A model generated the notes under the pieces. It was not told the DNA's origin and ran no database searches. It worked only from the letters and a program-made list of their open reading frames with translations. Position numbers and translations under genes: made by a program. Shown here piece after piece: positions 22,791 to 64,000 of a DNA stretch of 64,000 bases. This DNA comes from Prorocentrum cordatum. Taxonomy: Eukaryota. How positions within the stretch are numbered: the stretch's first letter is position 1; the number at the start of each line of letters is the position of its first letter. The DNA lies in NCBI GenBank assembly GCA_963575745.1, contig CAUYUJ010000084.1:1-64000 (forward strand), given 5' to 3'.

Positions 22791-25224
22791 TTGGAAAGCC
22801 GACGAGAGCCGAGGAGGAGGAGGAGGAGGAGGAGGAGGAGGAGGAGCAGGAGGAGGAGGAGGAGGAGGAGGAGGAGGAGGAGGAGGAGGAGGAGCAGGAG
22901 GAGGAGGAGGAGGGGGCCGCGAGGACCGCTTCGTCGACCAGCTGCGCGGCCTGCTGGGGGAGGCCGCCGCAGGGCGCGCGCCGAGGCTGCAGGCGGCGCC
23001 GGGCGCCGCGGCCCCCGAGGCCTGCGGGAGCGCGGCGTCCTCGTGGTGTTCCTCCAAGGTGGAGGCCCCGCCAGCGCCCGCGACGACAGCGACGACGGCG
23101 ACGGCGACGACGGCGACGGCGAGGACGGCGACGGAGACGACGGCGGCGACGGCGACGACGACGGCGACGACGACGGCGACGACGACGGCGACGGCGGCGG
23201 CGGAGGCCCCGCCAGCGCCCGCCGCGGCCCGCGCCTCGACGGCCGTGCCGGCGGCGGGCGGCGCGGCGCCAGAGGGCAAGCCGCGCACGTGGTCAGAGGA
23301 GGGCTAGCTGAGACACTGGCAGTCAGATAGTTAGTCACGGATGCTTCCGCTCGTATTGGATTGAATGTATGTGGGCGAATCGCGCCCAAGAGCATTCAAT
23401 GCGCCAAGTAGCGCCCAATAGCTCCCAGTAGCGCCGAACAGCGCTCGAATGGCGCCCAATGGCGACCAACAGCGCCCACTAGCGCCGCGCCCGGGGCGCC
23501 ACGGGGACGACCAAGAGCTTCAGTGAATTTCTTTACTGACGGTAGTTGGTCTTCGGGGGCACCCCCGTTGCAACGGCTGGACGCAGCTTGGAAAATTGGT
23601 GCGTCTGAACCCCAGGAGGGGTCCAGGGATCGATCAATGCCATTCCCATCCCCACAGGGTCATGTGGCATCTCAGCCCCACCATCCCACCACCCCAGTTG
23701 GGGACAGGCCCCCCGAAACCCGAAGGGAACCGCCTGTATCCCCACCTAGTGGGGTAAATTGGGCACTGGGGCCCAGGCCGCGCAAGTGGGGACAGGGATC
23801 GGTAACACGATGCTCAGGGGGCGGCCGCTGTCTCAGCTCGCCCTGCCCCGAGGAGGACGGGCCGCACAGGTGGAGCCCCAGTGCGGCGGCGGCGCCGAAC
23901 GCCGGGGACGTGAAGTCCTTGGACGGCGGGTCCGTGACCGCCCTGGACGCCAGGTGGGACGACGCAGCGGGGCCAGATGCGCCGGCATTGCCGCGCAGGC
24001 CGCCCGCATGAGGTCGTGTGCAAGCGCTCTCGTTTCATATGTAGCGTGCCGCGCTGGCGGTTCGCCTAAGCCACCGCGTGAGGTCGCGACGCCTTTCGCG
24101 TAAGACCTGTTTCGTTTCTCTCGCTCAGGTGGGACGACACGCTGAAGTGCACCGAGAACCAGCCGCCGAGGTCCGTGGTCCGACCCAGCAGTCCACCGCC
24201 GCTGCCGCGGGAAGCCAGTCGGTTACTCTGATGCGCCTTGCCTCATGGTTTCGAGGAAGAAGTGGTTTTGACATATTTGTTGTTGAGGTCCGCGCGGATC
24301 TCTTGGATCGGCGAAGGAACTCCCCCTCCCTGGCTCGCGGAGCGCGCCAGGGGGTTTAGCGCCGATCCAAGAGATCCGCACGGAGGTCCGAAAGTTTCTG
24401 TTCCTGCTGTCGTCTGTTCTTCGGCTGTTGAGGGCGTCCTGGGGTCCCCCCGCGTCGGTGTCGTTCCACTGATCCCCATCCCCGTCCCCATCCTTCGGTA
24501 GCAAATCATGGGGGCCTGGTATACCCTGGCAATTCGGTCTTTAGCGTCGATTAGCGTCGACTCGCGTCTGGAGTCGATGCGATAGCGCCGATTTAGCGTC
24601 GATCATCGTCGATTTAGCGCTGAGTTAGCGTCGACTCGCGTCGATTTAGCGTCGATTAGCGTCGACGTAGCGTCAGCCGACAAGATGGTATGGGAGAGAG
24701 ACCACTGAACCACCCCCATCCCGATCCCCACCACCCCGAACCATCCCGGTTGGGGACACGCCCCCTGGGAACTCCAAGGGAACAGCCCACGGCCGGGCGC
24801 AGCGCGAGAAGCTGGCCGGCGGGCAGCCGAGGTCTCTCGGGGCGTGGGCCGTGCCCGCACGGCTCGTCGGAGGCGCAAGCGTCCGCGCCGTGGCGCGGCA
24901 TGGGGGCCGTTCTCGTGTTCGCTGTGCTGCCGATCGGCGCGGGCCCTCGCAGCCTCTCTGCTGCCCCCCCTCCCCCCGTGGAGCAGATCTCGGCTGCCTC
25001 TGGCGCCCGTTTCGAGCAGGGGGAGTCTCCCCCGCTGGACGCACGGTCTGCAAACAGTCGCCCTGAGTTCGCCAGAGTCGCACTCGGGCCCCCCCCCCCC
25101 CCTCCTCCTCCCCCCCCTCCTCCCCCCTCCCCCTCCTCCTCCTCCTCCTCCTCCTCCTCCTCCTCCTCCTCCTCCTCCTCCTCCTCCTCGTCCTCCTCCT
25201 CCTCGTCCTCCTCCTCGAGAACGG

Positions 25225-25387
25225 GGGATTGTGGAGCCCCTCGGGGTTCCAGAGCGCGCGAGGCTTTCACACTGAGTTCGCGCGTGCGTCTTTCAGTGGT
25301 GTGTCGTACTCTGTGGCGTCCTCCTCTCCTTCCGCCTCCCCCTCCTCCTCTCCTCCTCCCTCCTCCCTCCTCTCCTCCTTTTTTTTT

Positions 25388-25427
<40 letters not shown>

Positions 25428-27748
25428 CCCTCCCCCGCCCCAACAAAAAAATCAGGCTGGAAATGGTTAACATGATTTTTGTTTTTTTTGGGGGGGGGTC
25501 GGCGGCAAAAAAAAGGAATGCGACGTGACCTAATATGCCCTCCCCCCTGGAAGGATTCCTATTGAACGCCCCCACAAGAAGGATTCATAGTGAAATCTTC
25601 TACAGAAGGATTCCTATCGAAACCCTCCACTGAATGATTCGTGCTGGAATCCTCCACGTATGATGGATTCCTATTGAAATCACCTGCAGAAGGATTGGTA
25701 TTGAGATGCTTCGAAAGAAAGAATTCCCCGTTGGCATTGCATTGGCATTGGTTTGGCAATGGTTTGGCATCGCATTGGCATTGCGTTGGCATTGCACTTG
25801 GCAGTGCGTTGCTAGTGTGCTTGCGTTTCGCAAGCATTGCGCTGCCGAGTCCTAATGGAACCCTCCACAGAAGGACTCCGATCGAAACCTTCTACAAGAA
25901 GGATTTCTATTGAAACCATCCACAAAAAATGGTTCATATTGACACCCTCCAAAGCAGGATTCCATGCGAAACCCTCCACATAAGGATTCCTATTGAAATC
26001 TACCACAATGGATTTCCCCCATTGGCAGTGCATTGGCATTGGGTTGGGATCGCTTTGGCATTGGTGTGGCATTGCGTTGGCACTGCGTTGGAATTGCGCT
26101 GGCATTGCGCTGGCGAGTTCCAACACCTCCCTTCGCAGAGTGATTCCTGTTGAACCCCCCACAAGAAGGATTCCGATTGAAGCATCCCACAAGAAGGGTT
26201 CACATTGAATTCCCTCACGGAAAGATTCCATTCGAAGCCCTCCATAGAAGGATTCTTTTTGAACCCGGCCACAAACGATTTCCCGCATTGGCATTGCATT
26301 GGCATTGAATTGGGATCGCGTTGGCATTGGTTTAGCATTGCGTTGGTATTGCGTTGGCATTGCGCTGGCGAGTTCTGATGGCTCCCCCCACAGAAGGATT
26401 CCTATGAACACCTTGCACAAGAAGGGATCCTGTTGAAAGCCCCCATATGAAGGATTCAAAGCGAACGCCCCCACAGAAAATCCAATCGAAACCCTCCACG
26501 GGAGGATTCCTATCGAAATCCTCCGAAGAAGCATTCGTACCTAAATCATCCAAATAAGGATTCCGAGTGAAATCTGATGGAAGACAGACATCCCGCCATC
26601 GGCATTACATTGGCATTGGTTTGACAACGGTTTGGCATCACATTGGCTTTGCATTGGCATGGCGATGGCAGTGCGTTAGCAGTGCGTTGGCATTGCGTTG
26701 ACATTGCGCTGGCGAGTCCTACTCAAACACTTCACATAAGGATTCCTATTGAACACACCCACAAAAAGGATGCCTATTGAATCCCCCCCAGAAGAAGGAT
26801 TCAAATTGAAATCCTCAACAGAAGTGTTCCATACGAAGCCCTCCATAGAAGGCTTCCTATTGAAATCCCCCGAAGAAGGGTTCTTAGAAGGATTGCTATT
26901 GAAATTTAACCACAAACAATTCCCCCCATTGGCATTGCATTGGCATTGGTTTGGCATTGCGTTGGCACTGCTTCGGCATTGCGCTGCCGAGTTCGAATGG
27001 CTCCCACCACAGAAGGATTCCTTACTACCTTCCACAAGAAGGGCTCCTTTTGAAAGCCCCCCACATAAAAGATTCACACTGAACCCCCCCACGGAAGAAT
27101 TCCAATCGAAACCCTCCACAGGTAGGATTCCTTTTGGAATATACCACAAGGATACCCCCCATTTGCATTGCATTGGCATTGAATTGGGATCGCCTTGGCA
27201 CTGGTTTTGCATTGCGATGGCAGTGCGTTAGCAGTACGTTAGCATCGCGCTGGCGAGTCCTAATGGCTCCTTCCGCAGACGGATTCCTACTGAAACCCTC
27301 CACAAGAACGATTCCGATTAGATCCTCCCACATGAAGGATTCCTAGTGATGCCCTCCACATGAGGATCCCTATCGAAACCCTGCACATACGCATTGCTAT
27401 TGACATTATCCGAAGAAGCATTCGCAATGACATCATCCACAAAGTATTCTTATTGAAACCTACCGAACGAAAGGATTCCCCCATTGGCGTTGCATTGGCA
27501 TTGGTGTTGGTTGGGAATGGATTTGTATCGCATCGGCATGCGTTGGCATGGTGCAGGAGATAGACAAAGAGAGAGAGAGAGAGACAAAGAGAGAGAGAGA
27601 GAGAACACTAGAGAACGATATAACGAGACAAGACTAGTATGAGGGGATCACGGCGAACAGAAAAATACAAAAAAACACATGTTCAGGGTGAAAGAGCGTT
27701 TCACTCGATAAAAAACCGTATGAAAACGACGAGGGGCTCCACAATCCC
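25225..27748. mobile_element. 2.5-kb non-autonomous foldback-like element carrying a composite satellite
   Basis: Perfect 19-bp inverted termini GGGATTGTGGAGCCCCTCG (25225-25243) / CGAGGGGCTCCACAATCCC (27730-27748), mirror (TC)n/(GA)n tracts, flanked both sides by (CCT)n. Confidence 0.65.
25548..27550. repeat. Composite satellite: GGATTCCTATTGAAACCCTCCACA(GAA) blocks alternating with (GGCATT/GCATT)n blocks
   Basis: About seven alternations with a ~240-350-bp period. Confidence 0.9.
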
Positions 27749-28026
27749 TTGGCCTCTCCTCCTCCTCCTCCTCCTCCTCCTCCTCCTCCTCCTCCTCCTC
27801 CTCCTCCCCCTCCTCCTCCTCCTCCCCCTCCTCCTCCTCCCTGCGGCCCACTGTCGACACGCCGAGTAGGAGAAAGCTCACGCATGGGGGGCTGGCGGCC
27901 GGCCTCTGCGCGCGGCGGGCGGCGGTGGGCAGCCCGGAGGATCCGAAGCCCTCACAGCTCGGCGACTACGAAGGGTAGGAGGAGGAGGGGGAGGAGGAGG
28001 GCGAGGGGGAGGAGGAGGAGGAGGAG

Positions 28027-28058
<32 letters not shown>

Positions 28059-28072
28059 GGGGAGGAGGAGGA

Positions 28073-28103
<31 letters not shown>

Positions 28104-28913
28104 GGAGGAGGAGGAGGAGGTTCCGCCGGGGTATGGTCTGCGATCGGCACCGCTGGTCAGGGGCCCCCAAACGGTGTGGTGACCACACCGTGTGGTGAGT
28201 CGGTGGGGATTCGGGGTCGCCGCTCGGTGTTGGGACTCGAGTCCCTCTCCGAGGACGTCTCGGGCGGCAGGGGCCTCCAGGGTCCTGAAGCCGTGCGGCG
28301 ACGGGCCGTGCGGTGAGGTCTTGGGGGATCTCGAGGTCACCGCACGGTCCGTCACCGCCGCACGGCTTCGGGACTCCAAAGTTGGTGCCTGGGGGGCACG
28401 GCGCGGTCCTCGTCGGGCCGCCTCGGGGCGCGGCGGGGAACCCAATATGTCGGGGTTCCAGTTGCAAACCACACCCCTTGCAGGCCATGCGCTTCGGAGT
28501 CGCCGAGGGGAGGCTCGGCCTCAAGTCTGGAGATCTTGTCGCCTTGGAGCGCTTCGCTGGAGGGTCATGGCAGAGGTCAGCGGAAAGACCACGGACGAGC
28601 CCCACACGGGGGGAATAGGGAGCCTGAGATCGTCCGGGCCAGAGGCGGTCCGGCAGCCGTTGCGCCTGAGATCCCATCGCACATGGCTCCGGAAATCTCA
28701 CCGCAGTGCCGGCTGCAGGTGTGGTCCAGACGGCCACGATCCCTTTCTGCGAGAGTTGCATTGGGGCCCACATGGCCGTGCACTCCTGTCCCCAGCAGGC
28801 GACCTGCTACTCCTCGTCCCGCCCCTTCGCTTTTGCTGCTGGATTATCAGGGCGCTTTGCTGGGGCAAATCTAGGGAAACGAAGAATGACATGACAAAAA
28901 TAGACATAAAAAC

Positions 28914-29046
28914 TCGGAGGTCCGCGCGGATTTCTCGGATCGGCGCTGGACCCCCCTCCCTGGCGCGCGGAGCGCGCCAGCAGCGGCGCCGGAGGCGCCG
29001 CCAGGGGGCCTCAGCGCCGATCCGAGACATCCGCGCGGACCTCCGA
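28914..29046. repeat. T-shaped (cruciform) palindromic element, 133 bp
   Basis: 35-bp outer IR with 1 mismatch enclosing CTGGCGCGC-GGA-GCGCGCCAG and CGGCGCC-GGA-GGCGCCG hairpins. Confidence 0.85.
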
Positions 29047-29148
29047 ATTTTCATTTGTATGTCATTGCTTGTTCCCCTAAAATCCCTCCGTCCCTGGAGG
29101 TCCCTTCATCCAAGGCGTGCCAGGGTGGAGGTGCGACCCCCGGGACAA

Positions 29149-60667
<31,519 letters not shown>

Positions 60668-61934
60668 CGTACCTTGGGCTCAATGGGACTGGTTTTTCTA
60701 GGTTCGCGCCACGTTGACGCAGCAGCGACCCAAGTGGGGTTTTCACCCTCACTCTGCATCCGCCATACTGTGGGCGATTTCGCGAGTGCAGCAGAGCTTT
60801 CCACCCTACTTTTCACGCTCCTTTGATGTCGGGTTCCGCCCTACTTTGCCGTTCCTGTTTCCACCGTACTTGTTTACAAACACCCGCACTATCATTTCCG
60901 AGGCGGCAGTTTCTGCACTTTTTATCCAGCATCGTTCGGAGTGCATGTCCGACACAGGTTGAGGTCGGAGAATCGACCAGTACGGCGGATCTCGAGTCAG
61001 GGCAGGGGGCCTTGCTAGGTTGAACGCCGCCACCGCCACAGAATCGTTCGGCGCCCACGCCGCGAAGCGGCGAGGCGCGGTCGTCCTCAGGCCCCCCCTG
61101 CGCCAGTCGCCTGGACGATCAGAGGCCGTTACCGTAAGGTCTCGGCCGTTGGCACGGCGCAGGAGAGGGAAAAGTCGGCACCGCGCGTTGTTGTTGCTGC
61201 TGCTGCTGGCGCTGGCGGGTGTCCGACGGCGGAGGAGGAGGAGGAGGAGGAGGAGGAGGAGGAGGAGGAGGAGGAGGAGGAGGAGCAGGGGAGGAGGATG
61301 AGGAGGAGGGGGAGGAGGAGGAGCAGGAGGAGGAGGAAGAGGAGGAGGGGAGAAGGAAGAAGGAGAAGGAGGAAGAGAATGGAGCAGGAGGAGGAAGGGA
61401 GAAGAGGAGGGAAGGTGAGGGATGGGGGAGGAGGAGGAGGAGGAGAGGAGAGGGAGGAGGAGGAAGAGGAGGAGGAGGAGGAGGGGAAGAGAGGAAGAAG
61501 GAGGAGGTGGAGGAATAATAATGATCATTGTGTGCCACTGCGTTCTGATCTTGATTGTTTTGCTGATCGGTGATATGGCATCGAGACGCGACGATCCCCT
61601 GCTGATCTACGCGTGTAGAACGTGAAAAGGATGAGGAAGAGGAGGAGGAGGAGGAGGAGGAGGAGGAGGAGGAGGAGGAGGAGAGGATAATGGTTAGATG
61701 GAGGAGGCGAAGGGGACGGATGCTACTAATATGGTGGAGGTGGGGGAGGAAAGGAGGAGGAGGAGGAGGAGGAGGAGGAATAGGAGGAGGAGGGAGGGGG
61801 AGGAGGAGAAGGAGGAGGAGGGAAGGAGGAGGAGGAGGAGGAGGCCCTCGCACTCGCCCTCCCCCTGCCGCCCTAGTCGCCTTGGTGCCACCATCCACGG
61901 GCAGCAATCACACATGGTCAACACGAAAGGGGAC

Positions 61935-62307
61935 ATGATGATGATGATGATGATGAGATGATGACCATGCTGGTGATGCTGCTGCTGATGATGATGATGG
62001 TACAGATGATACAGATGATGATGATGATGTTGGTGATGATGATGATAACGATGCTGGTGATGATGATGCTGATGAGGATGATGATGGTGATGGTGACGAT
62101 GATGGTGATGGTGGTGATGATGATGATGATGATGATGAGGATAAGGATGGTGGTGATGATGATGGTGGTGGTGGTGGCGATGCTGACGATGATGAGGATG
62201 ATGATGAGGATGATGATGATGATGATGACGATGCTGGTGCTGGTGCTGGTGTTGGTGCTGCTGCTGATGATGATTATGATGATTCTGACGATGATGATGA
62301 TGATGAC

Positions 62308-62345
<38 letters not shown>

Positions 62346-62645
62346 CGATGGTGATGGTGATGGCGATCACGATGATGATGATGATGGTGATGATGATGAT
62401 GATGATGATGACGATACTGGTGACGATGACGATGATGCTGATGATGGTGAGGGTGATGATGATGATGTTGATGATGGTGATGGTGGTGGTGATGGTGATG
62501 CTGAGGATGATGAGGATGATGCGGATGATGAGGATGATGATGCTGATGCTGGTGCTGGTGCTGGTGCTGGTGCTGCTGCTGCTGCTGATGATGATGATGC
62601 TGATGATGATGGTGGCGATGACGATTATGATGATAATGATGATAC

Positions 62646-62678
<33 letters not shown>

Positions 62679-62922
62679 CGATGTTGATGACGGTGATGAT
62701 GATGATGATGATGATGATGGTCATGATGATGATGATGGTCGTGGTGGTGAGGATGATGATGAGGATGAGGATCATGATGATGGTGGTGGTGATGATGATG
62801 ACGATGATGAGGATGATGATAATGAGGATGAGGATGATGATGATGATGATGATGATGATGGTGATGTTGATTATGGTGATGACGATGATGATGGTGATGA
62901 TGATGATGATGATGATGATGCT
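61935..62922. repeat. (ATG)n degenerate microsatellite
   Basis: Direct inspection. The poly-Met/poly-Ile ORFs are artefacts. Confidence 0.95.
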
Positions 62923-62924
62923 AA

Positions 62925-64000
62925 TGGGCCCATGTTGGGGTCAAGAAAAATACTGAAACAATTTGTGTGGTTCACGCGGTTTTCGCGATGACACGTGTCA
63001 CCCGTGCGCGGTTTCACATTGTATGGACCCATGTTGGTGCCCAGAATACGAGGGAAGCAATTGGTTTATCTCAGACAGTTTTCGGGGTGGCACGTGTCAC
63101 ACGCATGTTGTTTCATGTTGTATGGCCCCATGTCTGCGTCCAGAATGCGAGTGAAACAATTGGTTTTTCTCACGCGGTTTTCGAGGTGACGCGTGTCACC
63201 CGTGTGGTGTTTCACATTGTAATGCTTCATGGTGGCGTCCAGAATGCGAGTGAAGCAATTGGTTTTGATCACGCGGTTTTCGAGGTGACACGTGTCACCC
63301 GCGTGTTGTTTCATTATGCATGACCCCATGGTGGAGTCAAGAATGCAAGTGAAACACTTGAGTTTTCTCACACGGTTTTCGGGATTGCAAGTGTCACCCG
63401 TGTGTTGCTCCACATTGTATGGCCCCATGTTGGCGCTCAAATGACGAGTGAAACGATTCGTTTTGCTCACGCGGCTTTCGGGGTGGCACGTGTCACCCGT
63501 GTGTTGTTTCACACTGTACGGCCCCATATTGGCGTCCAGAATACGAGTGAAACATTTGTTTTTCCTCACACGGTTTTTGGGGTGACACGTGTCCCCCGTG
63601 TCTTGGTTCACGTTGTATGGCCTCATGTCGTCGTTCAGGATACGAGTGAAACAATTGGTGTTTCTCACACGGTTACCGGGGCGACACGTGTCACTCGTGT
63701 GTTGTTCCACATTGTACGGCCCCATGTTGGCGCCCAGAATGCGAGTGAAACAATTGGTTTTTCTCAGACGGTTGTCGGGGTTGCACGTGTCACCCGTGTG
63801 TTGTTTCACATTGTATGGCCCCATGTCGGAGTCAAGAAAAAGACTGAAATAATTGTTTTGTCTCACGCGGTTTTCTGGGTGACACGTGTCGCCCGTGCTG
63901 TGTTTCACATTGTATGGCCCCATGCTGGCGCCCAGAATATGAGCGAAACAATTGGTTTTTCTCACACGGTTATCGGGGTGGCACGTGTCACTTTTGTGTT
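62925..64000. repeat. 99-bp tandem satellite with internal 18-bp palindrome GGGTGACACGTGTCACCC
   Basis: CCAGAAT marker at 63041, 63140 and 63239. Runs off the window end. Confidence 0.95.

Noticed and set aside
61918..63965. Poly-Met/Ile ORFs and a 33-aa repeat protein
   Set aside because: Translations of (ATG)n and the 99-bp satellite.

Overview
Eukaryotic, GC-rich, repeat-dominated DNA. The GC/GA/GT-AG|G splice usage, huge repeat-filled introns and gene/TE content point to a dinoflagellate, possibly Prorocentrum-like (inference). The window has three main components. (1) Two tandem, co-oriented (+) paralogues of a single-domain voltage-gated cation channel with C-terminal EF-hands: gene 1 at ~3.1-8.3 kb and gene 2 at ~22.5/29.1-60.7 kb. 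Their exons can be joined by aligning the paralogues. (2) Between them, a decayed tyrosine-recombinase (DIRS-order, PAT/Ngaro-type split direct repeat) retrotransposon at 12508-18975 encoding Gag-like, RT, RNase H, YR and a C5 cytosine DNA methyltransferase. (3) Many satellites, MITE/foldback elements and hairpins. The most notable observation is three introns with no GT/GC/GA-AG solution (6723-7756, 55875-58239, 60497-60603). They share AT|ATYC...TGGCGG| ends, a TGCG(G/C)CA motif, and a stem pairing intron position ~+22 with the 3' splice junction, kept intact by G-U wobbles. They are a candidate undescribed class of structured non-canonical introns. All splice models come from paralogue comparison, not transcripts.
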